NCBI GenBank assembly: GCA_030390025.1 | Contig: CM059433.1 | Location: forward strand, 16,184,001 to 16,248,000 | Source: Squalus acanthias | Taxonomy: Eukaryota | DNA: 64,000 bases | Reading direction: 5' to 3' | Shown: in pieces, positions 13,634 through 27,500 of the stretch | Layout: every line of letters starts with the position of its first letter | Position numbering within the stretch: position 1 is the stretch's first letter | The notes under the pieces: model-generated | Told to the model about the DNA's origin: nothing | The model's input: only the letters and a program-made list of their open reading frames with translations | Database searches by the model: none | Program-made: the position numbers and the translations under genes

Positions 13634-14117
13634 AGGGGGAATTTTTAACCCAAAAAACGGTGCGTTGGGGTCGGGTGGGAGGTTAAAGTGTTAAAAACTG
13701 AATCCCGAACCCAACCCGCCTCCAGCCCACCCACTTGCAGGTTTTAACGGAGGTGGGGCGGGGGTCGGGCAGCCAACCCGCTCCCAGGAGGCGGGTCACC
13801 ATTTGAATATTATAATGAGGCTGGCATGCCTCAGATTTCAAACCCCCCCCTGCCGGAGCCTCCGATGATGCGCCCCCTGGCCCCCACCCAATCTCTCCCT
13901 CCCTTCTCTCTCTGGCCTCGTGCTGCAGGCCTACCCGTCGCAGCCAGCCAGCCTGCCTCTCCATCTGGCTGGCTGCGGGTGGGAAACAGAGGTTTGAAAT
14001 GCAATTCAGGCCTTGCCATTAAATTCGGCAGGGCCTGCAGGAAACCCGTTCTCCTGGGTTTCCCGACCGCTTCCTAGACCCCAGCTCCCAACCCGCCTCC
14101 CTATTAAAATTCCAGCC
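13634..14117. mobile_element. Harbinger-like MITE with AAT TSD
   Basis: AAT|AGGGGGAATTTTTAA ... TTAAAATTCCAGCC|AAT; GC-rich interior with repeated AACCCGCC motifs. Confidence 0.7.
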
Positions 14118-15661
14118 AATGTGACAGATTACACAGGCTGTTCCCATAATAAATGTGAACGTAGGAATTTATAATGAGAAGAAGTTGACACAGCACATGT
14201 AACAAAAATGTGACAAGAAGTCAATTGGTGCAAAGTGCACACAGACTTTTAATGTTACTAGTCGATCACCCATGGCATTACACAGTCAGAATATAATCAC
14301 TCTCTTAACTATCTCTGATTTCTTTCTGCTGCTGATTTTCTCTCTGTCCTTCCTGCTTCTGTCTTTTTTTTCTTTTCTTTGCTTCTCACCTCTTAACATT
14401 TCTTTTTTTCTTCTCTCTGTCTTTTACTTTTTTTTCTTTCCTTTTCAGGTAGGAGGTGGTGGATGGTATGGCTTGGTGTGTTGTGAAGGCTATGTTTGAA
14501 GTGGAGGTTGTGGGAAAATGTAGCCATCAGCAGCTCTCTTCCCCTTGGGCTCTCCCCATCACTCGTACCTTCCTATAACCCTTCACCTTCCCACTTCTAT
14601 TACCCTTCCTGCCACTTCTCACCCCATCACTGCCCTTGCATCTTCCCCTTTGAATGACCCATTCAACTTCTGTATCCTCCACTCCCCCTTGATGTACTGT
14701 CACTCTCCTCACCCTTAACCCTCTATCCACTTGCATTCGCTTCCCCTTGGGTGGGTGCTGAGAGGCTAGGGACCCCTCGCCCTCAACCAGTTTCTCTCCT
14801 CCATATCCCCTCCTACTCTCCTATCTGTTTCCCGCAGAGGTTTTCTTTGCTTTCAAAATTCAACTTTTTTTAATTAAAATCAATCATAAATTGCCTGTCT
14901 GTCTGCCTGTCTACTTGTCTCTCTCTCTCTCCCCTACCTTTCCTCCCTTTCTCCCACTTTTTAAAGTTCATAGAACACAAAACAAAAGCTGCTTCAGGTG
15001 TGTAATCAGAATACTTTATTCTCACACACCTTCTCTCTATTTTAAAAAAAAACACGAAAGCTTTAAAAATTTGTCTCCTTGTTTTTCAAAAATATTTGAA
15101 GAAAAGCTCCCAGTCATAAAATGCCACGAGGCAAAGGAGAATATCCCATGACTGGTAATGATGTATGCTGAGAAATTAGGTACACTGCACACGCTCAGAC
15201 TGCAGTCTAATTTCAGCTCCGAGCTGCAGCTCTGGACAAAAATATCGAATCCAAGCCCAGGCTTTTAGAAGAGGCTAAGGCCTTCGAGCTTTTGGAAGAG
15301 GTTGAGGCACTGAAAGACACAAATGACATTTATCCATCGCACTGTAATCATGTTATTGTGAAATCTGTAATTTTTTTAGAATTTTGTTTTAAAACCTTAT
15401 TTTGGCTACGAGAAACTTCAGATACTGAGGGGAACAAAAAACAGTTTGGGGGGGGAAAAAAAAGTATTTTGAGCAATTTGTTGGAACCTGGTGCACAATC
15501 CCTGCGTAACTATAAAATAGCAGCTATTATGTGTCATATAGTGTGACACCTTTTTAACATAGAAAATACCTATCCGAGCACCGGAGGTACTGCCAGAACT
15601 GATGGGTTTTGAATGAAATGTGCACACCACAAATCTAATTTAGTATATGATGATAGATATT

Positions 15662-17190
15662 GGCCCTGGATATTCCGGTACGTGGTTCGTACGTTGCCAT
15701 AAGTGCCTTGCAAGTTCCGGGTTTGTGCATGGGCTGCGCATGCACGAAAACTCTGAACTTGACAGATCCTCCGCATCCCCGGGAAATGGACATTCGCGGG
15801 CGGAGAGTTGGGCTATTTGCCTTTTAAAAGGCGTTTGACAAAGTACCACATAATAGACCTGTTAGCAAAACTGAAGCCCATGGGATTAAAGGGACAGTGG
15901 CAGTGTGGATATCAAATTGACTCAGGCGCAGAAAGCAGGGAGTAATGGTGAACGGTTGTTTTTCAGACTGGAGGGAAGCACTGTTCCGCCTAAACTGCGA
16001 GGCCGCACAATTACCTCGAGGCTGTCGTGCACCAGGCATTGCAGGCCATGCAGTCCCGCTGGAGCGGGCTCCAGCGCACGGGTGTTCTTTTTAATCGCGT
16101 CCCACAGGCTTGTTCTTTAGGCCTGCAGGAGCGGACATTTGGCGCCTGCGCGCTGGAACCGATTTCAGCGCCTGCGTGCTGGAACCCGCTACAGGCCTGG
16201 CCCTGAGGTACTGAATGTGAACGCTGTGATCAGCCACATAACTACTTTTGCGGCCTTCTGTGCATGGGCGCGGTATCCCAGAGCCACGCATGCGCACCCG
16301 ATCCCCTTCTGTGCATGCATGCCGTTTCCCGAGGATACGCATGCCCCAACATTTGCGGCCTTACAGTGTGGCCACATTGCCTTCAGCTCCGTGGGAGAAC
16401 TGGATCCGTTGGTGGCTGGGGGGGAGAAGAGAGGATCGAAAGGGGAGAGAGAGCGAGACTGGGGGGAGAGGGGGGTGCGAGAGAGAGAGAGAGAGAGAGA
16501 GACTGGGGTGGGGGGAGGGGGCGAGAGAGAGAGAGAGAAACTGGTGGGGGGAAAGGGAGACTGGTAGGGAGGGGGAGAGAGAGACTGAGATGGGGGGGGG
16601 GAGGGCGAGAGAGAGACCTGGGGTGGGGGGAGAGACGGGGAGACGGAGAGGATTCCATGCTTCTTACAATAGTGGTTTAAAAAAAGCATTAACATCCACC
16701 AACAGGGCCTCATTTAATCGTCTCTTCTAAAACCTGCAGGCAGTTGTTGCTCAGGATTACACTGAGCTGGGACACTAAGGGCATTCAATTAATTACAAAC
16801 AGGTTTGTGGAGCTGGTGTCTGATATGAGCACAAATAGGAAAGCATTGTCAAGAAACGTTTCCCCTAAGAGGGAAAGAATTCTGCTCATTTTTCAACATT
16901 GACAGGATTTCTAATATTTTAAAAATGGGAGGAAAGCTCTCCTGAATCGTCACTGATTGTCTGCTTCTCCTTTTGCACCGATGTTCTTTGCAGGGGGAGA
17001 GAGACAGGGGGAGAGAACGAGAGACAGGGCGAGGGCGAGAGAGAGAAGGGGTGACGATCCAGGCAGGGCGCGTGTAGTCTGTTCCCGGGGACTGAGTAGC
17101 GGCCGCACTTTGGAACAACACAGATGGAGGCGCAGCACATGTACAATGGCTGCTGGAAGGAGGCTAAAGCAAACAATTTTTAGGCCCGTG
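15662..17190. mobile_element. Nested GC-rich non-autonomous DNA-transposon fragments with a CR1 RT piece (~15820-15975) and a GA-rich low-complexity tract (~16420-16650)
   Basis: ATT|GGCCCTGGATATTCC Harbinger-like end at 15662; GCGCATGC motifs shared with the MITE at 33245. Boundaries uncertain. Confidence 0.45.
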
Positions 17191-17544
17191 GTGAAATTTA
17201 AAAAAGAATTTTGGAGAATTGTTTAAAGCCGGAAAAAAATACAGGAAAGTGATGTTGAATGTCCCATGGTAAGTTCCAGTTAAATTTTGCCAGGTGTTGT
17301 CCCCTTTTTGAAAGAGTTTATCAGGGTTATTTAAATCGTGTTATGAGAGTGGGGAAAAAGTTTGTGCCAGAGTCTGTCAGAAACGGAGTGAATGGCAGCA
17401 GAAAAGAGGAAACAACTTCTCCAAAACTGATCCCAACTCATCGCCAAGGCTGGGGATAGATAACCTCACCACCTTCTTCGGAAGCTTAACCACTTTATTC
17501 ACTTTCTTATTTGAGCTCCGTTTGGAATTAGAGTTTATTTTATT

Positions 17545-17875
17545 ATGGTTTTGATAGGGTAATTAAGGAGAAACTGTTTCCAGTGGCAGAAGAGTTGATA
17601 ACCACAGGACACAGATTTAAGGTGATTGGCAAAAGAACCAGAGGCGACATGAATTTTTTGCACAGTGAGTTGTGATCTGGAATGCGCTGCCTGAAAGGGT
17701 GGTGGAAGCAGATTCAGTAGTAACTTTCAAAAGGAAATTGGATAAGGGAAGAAAAATGCAGGGCTATGGGGAAAGAGCAGGGCGGTGGGAATAGTTGGAT
17801 AGCTCTACCAAAGAGTCGGCACAGGCACGATGTGCAGAATGGCCTCCTTCTGTGCTGTATTATTCTATGATTCTA
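17545..17875 (+). mobile_element. CR1-type LINE 3' end
   Basis: Same tail as other copies (ggaatgcgctgcctgaaagggtggtggaagcagattc ... ttctatgattcta). Confidence 0.8.
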
Positions 17876-18107
17876 ACTTTTGAGGTTGAGCAGTCTTCAT
17901 CATCAAAGTATACCACTGCAACATACGTATGGAACTTTGAGCATAATATTAAAATGTTACACTAACTGTCAATTAAAACCCATGATCAGAATTTCCTACC
18001 CAACTTTTAATACTGCAATAGACCTCAAAGCACGGAGCATATTACGTAATATGGTTATATGAATTATATTTTTAACTATGCAAATCAAAGAACAGCTAAT
18101 GGGACAA

Positions 18108-18270
18108 TAGCAAAATACTGCGGATGCTGGAAATCTGAAATAACAACAGAAAATGCTGGAAACACTCGGCAGGTCAGGCAGCATCCGTGGAGAGAGAAAC
18201 CGAGTTAACGTTTCAGGTTGATGTCCCTTCGTCAGAACTCGACGAAGGGTTATCGACCTGAAACGTTAAT
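18108..18270. mobile_element. Penelope-type palindromic repeat containing a hammerhead-like motif
   Basis: gcggatgctggaaatctgaaataa... leader, then inverted repeat ttaacgtttcaggt...cccttcgtc / gacgaaggg...acctgaaacgttaa. Confidence 0.65.
18202..18240 (-). ncRNA. Minimal type-I hammerhead ribozyme motif
   Basis: Minus strand reads GAGUU CUGACGA A GGGACAUCAACCU GAAA CG UU AACUC. Stem I GAGUU/AACUC, core CUGANGA...GAAA, palindromic AACGUU in place of stem III. Confidence 0.6.
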
Positions 18271-18529
18271 AGATAATGGGAAATAGTTTCAAAGTTGGTC
18301 TCATTTGACATCCCAAAAAGCTTTTTGGGGGCCCTTTGGTTCTGTACTAGAATATAGTAGGGATGAAATAAAAAGGCTTAGCCAAGAAATTTTTACTGTT
18401 TGCTCTCATCTTTCCCACTTAGCCTTAATTCTACTATTTTACATATTATAGGGAGAGAAGAACGACAATGCAGCAATGGGTATTTAATTTCACCAAACAT
18501 TGTGGCCACTATCTGAAGCTGAATGAGAT

Positions 18530-19243
18530 TGTTCGCAACCTTCGCGTCCTATTTGACCCTGAGCTGAGCTTCCGACCCCATATCCTCAATCACTAAGACC
18601 GCCTACTTCCATTTCCGTAACCTCGCCCGTCCCTGCCCCTGCCTCAGTTCATCTGCTGCTGAAACCTTCATCCCCTTTGTTACCGCTAGACTCGACTATT
18701 CCAATGTTTTCCTGGCCAGCCTCCGACCTTCCACCCTCCGTAAACTTGAGCTCATGCCAAACTCTGCTGCTCTTCTCCGAACTCGCACCAAGTCCCGTTC
18801 AACCATCACCCTTGTGCTCGCTGACCTACATTGGCTTCTGGTCCGTCAATGCCTCTGTTTTAAAATTCTCATGCTTGTTTTCAAATCCCTCCGTGGCCTC
18901 GCCCCTCCCTATCTCTGTAATCTCCTCCAGCCCAACAACCCTTTGAGATCTCTCCGCTCCTCCAATTCTGGCCTCTTGCGCATCCCTGATTTTCATCGTT
19001 CCACCATTGGCGAGCATACCTTCAGCTGCCTAGGCCCTAAGCTCTGGAATTCCCTCGCTAAACATCTCTGCCTCTCTACCTACTTTTAGTCGCTTCTACC
19101 TCTTTGACCAAGCTTTTGGTCACCTGTGCTAATATCGCCTTATGTAGCTCGTTGTCAAATTTTGTTTGATAATGCACCTGTGAAGTACCGTGGGACATTT
19201 TACTACATTAGACGTGCTACATAAATGCAAGTTGTTGTTGTTA
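18530..19243 (+). mobile_element. L2-type LINE 3' fragment
   Basis: ORF 18754-19089 has LADLHWL..FKIL..APPYL..LRSLRSS..GPKLWNSL (L2 ORF2 C-terminus), followed by a (GTT)n tail. Confidence 0.88.
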
Positions 19244-22219
19244 CCACCTGTCCGCTTATGTGGTCAAGCAACAATAAACTTTAATTGTGCAGCATACTTT
19301 CAGTTTTGGCACTATCCTTAATCTGTAAGGTCGATTTGCCACAACTGAAAGGAATTTATCCACTACTGGTTTCACAGATGATATGAGAACAAAAAAGATC
19401 TGCCTTCGGGGCACCAGTTCTCTTGAGAGTTGTCAAATAGTATAGATGGGTATTTGCTTTAGTGTATACAGTCTACTCATAATGCAAAAAAACCACAGAC
19501 GCTAGAAATCTGAAATAAAAACTTAGCTTGCTGCTTTACCTGCTGAGTGTTTCCAGCATGGATGAAATTATGCCACCTAATTCTGGAAGGACAGTTGATG
19601 TGTCTATCTATGTGGTGGGCCAAATTAATTATTTACAAAGACGATTGATAAGAGAGGCCATTTAGGCAGCGGCGGGCGCTGCGGTGGTCATGCCTCATCC
19701 CTGGGGCACTCAATTTAGTACATTCTCCCAGTCTGACGTCACTCTGTTAGCTAGTACACATTGCTTCCACTCTTTTAGTCAATTTCTTATCTACCTCCAA
19801 GTTTTGCTGAAGTTTGAATCCATTGATTCTATTGTTGGCTTTCACTCAAATAATTAATTCCAAATATGTAATGCTGAGTTGGAAGGAGAACAAAAGAATT
19901 AACTTATGCATGGATATGATGATTCGGTTACTCTCTTAATGTTGGTTTGCCTAGGAAAAGATGGCTTTCTGTTTTCCTTGAGTTTAAACTGTTCTTATTA
20001 GGAGTCTGTTGTGTAGCTGAGCCAACATCTGTTGTGTGTTTTACAATTTGGTAGAAACAATTACCTTGTAATTTGATTTGTCATGAAAAAAAATTTGACT
20101 GTATTACAGTAAAATAATCTTGTTCCTCTACATTTATAAGTTAGATCTATGTTTACAACTTTAATAGAAGGCAAATGAAATCATGCTTGCTCTTAGTTGC
20201 TTTGAGATTACAGAAATTACTTTTGATTATATGTATCACAGTAGTTTTCATTGTATTGAAATAAACTGTTTATGGGCTGTTTCCTGCAGTTGAGTAAAAT
20301 ATTTTACTGTTCTAATAAAGGTTACTGCGTCCAATGATTTTTGTAAAATTTCTGTCATTGTCCTAAGATTCACAATACCAGTTACTAACCATATCAAGTA
20401 GTTGTATTAATTACTTTTCCTAATTTGACCACAATGTTGTTCCAGAATCTTAAGGTGACTCGGCATCCTACCACGTGAAGCAAGTCTGTACCTTTTGAAA
20501 GTTACACATTTATCATGAAATGTAATTTTGCACAGTTGGGATGCATAAGAGACCTTGTATGGCATTTTAAATTAGATTTATTTCCAATTGAAATTTGTGG
20601 CATTTATACATACCATCCGTGACAAAATGATACATTTTTATCTCAAATGTCTATTTGTATTGGCTTCTTACTGTCACAGTGGGGTTTAAAACTAGATTCA
20701 CTCTTAGAAAATAGTCCAGCTTGTTTTGATACAATAACCACAGAATACAGACATTGTCTGGCTAGATGTCTGACGGAGGGGGGCCAAATCATTTTGTGCA
20801 TATTATTTATAAAAATGTTTGATTTGCAGCTCTTTCAGTTCGAGACACATAATTTAAATTTATTTTGCTCCAGTCATTTTTTTTTGGAAAGTATTTCTCA
20901 ACCTGCCTTTTAAAATTGCTTCGTCTGCCTGAAGCCATCAGAGGAACATGAGAACATAGAAATTGCTAGATTGAAAAAAGGCCAAGATCAATCTAGTTTG
21001 CCTTCCAACATCTTGGTAGTTCCATGACATAATGATAATGGAGTTGTTGACTAATCCTAGCAATCAATCTCTATCAATTAGTCTGCAACAGACAGAGGAA
21101 GATTTCCAGAGAGACTTTGTGGACCATCTGCAACAACCCTCTGCATAAAAGTTAATACCTGGGATCCCTGTGTCTCATGCAGTTTACATTGCAACTTGGC
21201 ACGGTCAATGCAACTGTGTATTTTTTATATCTTGCATGAGGGATAGTTAACATATTAAGCCTGTAACTACTGTAAAGCTAGTGTGTCGCTGTTCATGTTC
21301 ACTTCCATTTACTCTTTAAAAAAAAAAATTTACTTGGTAGTTTTTAGCTAAAGCCACAGTCTAATTTATTCTTTCATTTCCAAAGTTGGGGAAGATCACT
21401 TGAATGCATGTGTATAGCTGAAATACACTGAATAGAATTCTTTGGGCTTGGTAAAGATTACCAAGTTACTGGAGAGTTAAAATGCACACTCCAGGCAAAA
21501 TATTTTATTTCCAGGCAAAATATTTGGAGACTCTGCACCACCAACGGGCCCTCACATGAAGCGAGCAGTGTAATAGAAAATTGCAGGAATGCTGCCTAGG
21601 GATGAGATTGTCCTCGGGAGTGAGGTCTCACCTGTTGGAGTAAGGCACTGAACTTGAGAAAAATATCCAAAGTGAAGACCAAAAACTGTCATACATTCCC
21701 CATCACTTACACCGTCCACACTTAACACGAGCAGCCGTCCATAGCGGGCAAATGGCACTCACCATTTGCCAGTGCCATATGAGCCAATTACAAAGACACA
21801 GCTTATAACTTGTTAAGCGTCCCACTATTTTGGGCAGTTCAATAAGTAATTACCCTGTACTTATCAATTTAAAAGGCTGTGTTGAATTCAGCCAAGGTTG
21901 GGTCTTCAAGCAGTTTCAATCAGCTGTTCAGTACCTCGTTAAAGTGCGATTATCATTAGTGATGAGATTCTTGATGCAGCTGCTAACAATTAGGAGCAGT
22001 CGTTGCTAAGTGAGATTTACTGTTTTAAAAAAAAAATCTGCTACTTCTTTGGTTGCATCGTCCACTGCGTACAGTGGATAAATCGCATTCACAGCAACCC
22101 GCCCGCTGTAAGTACTGTCTTCCATGTATGTATTTATTTTACCTCCCCCTCACTCTTCCAATTTCCAAATCATCTCAGCTAAGGTTCATTAATCCAGTAT
22201 ACATTTCCCAGTATTCTCT

Positions 22220-22716
22220 TGAGTATGGAAGATTAAGGGGTGATCTAATTGGGGTGTTTAAGATGATCAAAGGATTTGATAGGGTAGATAGAGAGAAACT
22301 ATTGCCTCTGGTGGATGACTCCAGAACAGGAGGGCATAACCTCAAAATTAGAGTTAGGCTGTTCGGAGTGATGTCAGAAAAAAGAAAGACTTGCATTTAT
22401 ATAGCGCCTTTCACTACCTCAGGACGTCCCAAAGCGTTTTACAGCAAATAAAGTACTTTTAAAGTGTAGTCACTGTTGTAATGTAGGCACTTCTTCACAC
22501 ACAATAGTGGAAATCTGGATCTCTTCCCCCAAAAAGCTGTTGAGGCTAGGAAAACTGTAAATTTTAAAACTGAGCTGAATAGAATTTTGTTAGGCAAGGG
22601 CATTAAGGGATACAGAACCAAGGCGGGTAAGTGGAGTTAAGATACAGATCAGCCAAGATCTAAATTTAATGGTCGAACAGGCTCAAGGGGCTGAATGACC
22701 TACTCCTGTTCCTATT
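22220..22716 (+). mobile_element. CR1 3' fragment with an antisense SINE/L2-tail insertion (~22378-22487)
   Basis: RLRGDLIGVFKMIKGFDRVD motif; the CR1 sequence resumes at cacttcttcacac after the insert. Confidence 0.8.
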
Positions 22717-24554
22717 CTTTCTTGGAACAATTGTGATATTCTGAAAGCTATTCTGTTCCATTATGGAAGTAGTACAAACTACAATCCTACTATAATTTCC
22801 CCAAACCTCACTCGTATTCCATGCCGTCACCCTGGAGGCAATCATTTGTGAGGCTGTAACTGAGTCCGAGAGAGAATCCCAGGTACTGTTACAAATGACG
22901 AAAAATCCTTGTGTTTAAAATTACAATTTTTTGTATTTGTAACTTATATGCATTATATATTCTAAGCATGGCATGTCTGTAAAAATGTGTTAATGTTTAG
23001 ACGAATAACAAACAAAACAGTCACTGAGCATAAGCAGGTTTTCAAGAGAATGAGTCATGAAGTGTGGTAGCACTGTAAGTTGAAGTACCGATATACACCA
23101 GTTAGTGTAGGGATCAGTATCAAATCCACAATCTGCTGAGTTTTAGTCTTCAGCTGCACTTTGCCAGAGGTGCTGAGAAGAGGTCCGACATCTCCCTGGA
23201 GAGGGAGGGCAAGTTGGAGAGTGAATTGTTGTGGGCTGTACACATCATATCTTAGTGACCTTCTAAGAGTAGAATTAGCAGAAATCTGGGAGTGGATTAA
23301 CTGTCACTATCTCGGCTAAAGTGGTGCAGAGCCTTGTAAGACCAGAGTAACAGAATATGAAAATTAAAGGGAGAAATTATCACAAATATAATATGTACAG
23401 AGAATAGCAGAGTTATTGAATAATTACTTTAAATCAGTCTTGACTTGCGAAGAGTTGGGGGAATTGCCAGATATCAGATTTTTCAGGAATAGTGAAGGAG
23501 TGGCTAGGCTACAAAAATAATAACGCATTTCTGGTTTCAAATGCTTTTCAAGTAGATAAAGCATGTGGTCCAGACAATACGCATCTCTGAGTATAAAGGA
23601 GAATCATTGAAGCTTTAAGTCACTAAATTTGGGAGAGATCCCTGATGGCAGGAAAATGGCTTAAATAACTATTTTAGAAAAAGCTCAAGAGAAATACCTT
23701 GGAACTAGGGAATAATAAGTTTAACATCGGTTTTAGGAAAAGTCTTTGCAACAATTTTGAAGGATCTGGCAGGTGATTGCTTGGAAAGGCATAACTTATT
23801 AAAAGGCAATTTGTATTGATTTAGGAACAGGAGCTCGTGTTTAGCTAACTTGGAGTTTTTTAAAGACAATACAGTGGTGCTGAATGGGAAATGTACTTGA
23901 TATATACTGGACTCATGTCATTCCTCTGGGCACCAACTCTCCCACCTAACTCACTTTTCTGGCAGAATCTGTTGATTTTGTTGTGTTTTCTGTGTGGTCA
24001 TATTACTGAATTTTCCCACTGTTTTTCCTTTGTTGAAGATAATATCATTATATTTGTTAACAGAAAAAACAAGAGAATTATTTTGTCAATTTTTTGTTTG
24101 TTTTTCCACGCTCTCACTGCTTTCTTATCTTACTGGGGGCCACTGACTTTTTTCTGTGTTTTCTTTTACAATCGTCTTTTAACTTGACCCTTTCCTTGAT
24201 TTATTTTAAAGTAAACTTCATGCCATTATGGCATTTCCATCCTAGCTTTACTCTGTATTTATGCCCAGAATCCTCTAATCTTGACAAAAGCCTAAACAGA
24301 ATGCAAGCCTCCGTTGCAAAACCTAGAAGCTGGCAAATTCTGAAAGGGTGGCTTTGGGTGGGATGGGAGGTGGGAGGTGTGTGGCGGGGGGGGGGGTAGG
24401 TGGTACATCATCACAGACCACTGTATAGAGGGCTTCTGTTGAAGGAAGCAACATTTTTTGGGGTGAAAGTCAGTCTGTTTGCCTTGACCCTGATAGCGAC
24501 CTGGTTTTTGATGTTCTGTTTTTAAATGGTTAATGGCTCTTCATACTCCTCTTA

Positions 24555-27500
24555 TAGAAACATAGAAGATAGGAGCAGGAGTAGGCCATTCGGCCCCTCG
24601 AGCCTGCTCCGCCATTCAATGCGATCATGGCTGATCATCCAAACTCAGTACCCTGTCCCTGCTTTCTCCCCATATCCCTTGATCCTCTTAGCCTTAAGAA
24701 ATATATCTAACTCCTTCTTGAATATATTTAATGAATTGGACTCAGCTGTCTTCGATGGTAGAGAATTCCTCCTCATCTCAGTCCTAAATGGCTAACCCCT
24801 TATCCTTAGACTGTGACCCCTGGTTCTGGACTCCCCCGCCATCGGGAACATCCTTCCTGCATCTAGTCTGTCTAGTCCTGTTAGAATTTTATAAGTTTCA
24901 ATGAGATCTCCTCTCATTCTTCTAAACTCTAGCAAATACAAGCCCAATCGACCCAATCTCTCTTCATACGTCATTCCTGCCATCCCAGGTATCAGTCTGG
25001 TGAATCTTCGCTGCACTCCCTCCATGGCAAGAACATCCTTCCTCGGATAAGGCGACCAAAACTGCACACAATACTCAAGGTGTGGTCTCACCAAAGCCCT
25101 GTACAACTGCAGCAAGACCTCCTTGCTCCTGTACTCGAATCCTCTCGCTATGAAGGCCAACATGCCATTTGCCTTCTTAACCGCCTGCTGCACCTGCATG
25201 CTTACCTTCAGCGACTGGTGCACAAGGACACCCAGGTCTTGTTGCACTTCCCCTTTTCCCAATCTATTGCCATTCAGAAAATAATCTGCCTTCCTGTTTT
25301 TGCCACCAAAGTGGATAACCTCGCATTTATCCACATTAACTGCATCTGCCATGCATCTGCCCAATCACCCAACCTGTCCAAATCATACTGGAGTTTCTCT
25401 GCATCCTCCTCACAGCCCACACGCCCACCCAGCTTTGTGTCATCTGCAAACTTGGAGATATTACATCTAGTTCCCTCATCTAGATCATTAATATATATTG
25501 TGAATAACTGGGGTCCCAGCACCGATCCCTGCGGTACCCCACTAGTCACTGCCTGCCACCATTCCCCTGATTCTGACTGCAAGGGACCTACGCTTGACTT
25601 CACCAATCTTTTTCTCTTCACATATCTATAGAAGCTTTTACAGTCAGTTTTTATGTTCCCTGCAAGCTTACTCTCATATTCTATTTTCCCCTCTTAATTA
25701 ATCCATTTGTCCTCCTTTGCTGAATCCTAAACTGCTCCCAATCCCCAGGTTTGCTGCTTTTTCTGGCCAATTTATTTGTCCTCTCCTTGGATCTTATGCT
25801 ATCCCTAATTTCCCTTGTTAGCCACGGTTGAGTCACTTTTTTTCTTTTATTTTTATGCCAAACAGGGATGAACAAATTCTGTAGTTCATCCATGTGATCT
25901 TTAAATGTTTTCCATTGCCTATCCACCGTCAACCCTTTAAGTAACGTTCCCCAATCCATCCTAGCCAACTCGCGCCTCATACCATCGTAGTTTTGTTTAT
26001 TTAAATTCAGGACCCTAGTCTCTGAGTCAACTACTTCACTCCATCTTAATGAAGAATTCTATCATATTATGATCGCTCCTCCCCAAGGGACCTCGCACAA
26101 CAAGATTGCTAATTAATCCTTTCTCATTATATAATACCCAGTCTAAGATGGCCTGATCTCTAGTTGGTTCCTCAACATATTGGTCCAGGAAACCATCCCA
26201 TATACACTCTAGGAATTCCTCCTCCACAGTATTGTTACTAATTTGGTTAGCCCAATCTATATGTAGATTAAAGTCACCCATGATAACTGCTGTCCCCTTA
26301 TTGCACGCGTCTCTAATTTCCCATTTAATGCCATCCCCAACCTCAGTATTACTGTTTGGGGGTCTGTTTCCAACTCCCACTCACGTTTTCTGCCCCATGG
26401 TATTTCTCAGCTCTACCCATACAGATTCCACATCATCAGAGCTAATATCCTTCCTTACTATTGTATTAATCTCTTTAACCAGCAATGCTACCCCACCTCC
26501 TTTTCCTTTTTGCCTGCCCTTCCTGGATGTTGAATTCCCAGCCTTGGTCACCCTGGAGCCATGTCTCCGTAATCCCAATTATATCACATCCGTTTACATC
26601 TATTTGCGCAGCTAATTCATCCACCTTATTATGAATGCTCCTCGCATTAAGACACAAAGCCTTCAGGCTTGTTTTTTTTAAACTTAGACCATTTAGAATT
26701 ATTGTTTACTGTGGCCATGTTTGATTTACACCCTTGATTTCTCTGACTTCCACTTTTGCTTTTCTCCTTCCTGTCTTTTGTTTCTATCCTTGCTTCCCTT
26801 TCCTCTGTCTCCCTGCACAGGTTCCCAACCCCCTGCCATTTTAGTTTAAACCCTCCCCAACAGCACTAGCAAACACTCCCCCTAGGACATCAGTCCCAGC
26901 CCTGCCCAGGTGCAAACCGTCCAGTTTGTACTGGTTCCACCTCCCCCAGAACCAGTTCCAATGTCCCAGGAATTTGAATCCCTCCCCCATGCACCATTCA
27001 TCTAGCCACATATTCATCTGAAATATCCTTCTATTTCTACTCTGACTAGTACGTGACACTGGTAGAAGTCCTGAGATTACTACCTTTGAGATCCTATTTT
27101 TTAATTTACCTCCTAACTCCCTATATTCAGCTTTTAGGACCTCATCCCGTTTTTTACCTATATCGTTGGTACCTATATGCACCACGACAACTGGCTGTTC
27201 ACCCTCCCCCTCCAGAATGCCCTGCAGCCGCTCCGAGACATCCTTGACCCTTGCACCAGGGAGGCAACATACCATCCTGGAGTCTCATTTGCGGCTGCAG
27301 AAACGCCTATCTATTCCCCTTACAATAGAATCCCCTTTCACGATAGCTCTCCCGCTCTTTTTTCTCCCCTCCTGTGCAGCAGAACCACCCATGGTGTCAG
27401 GAAGTTGGTTGCTACTGCCTTCCCCCGATAAGCCATCCCCCTCAACAGTATCCAAAGTGGTATATCTGTTTGAGAGGGGGATGGCCATAGGGGACCCCTG

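Noticed and set aside
16139..16730. Several overlapping 90-175 aa ORFs
   Set aside because: They arise from GC-rich MITE sequence and a GA/G low-complexity tract lacking stops.
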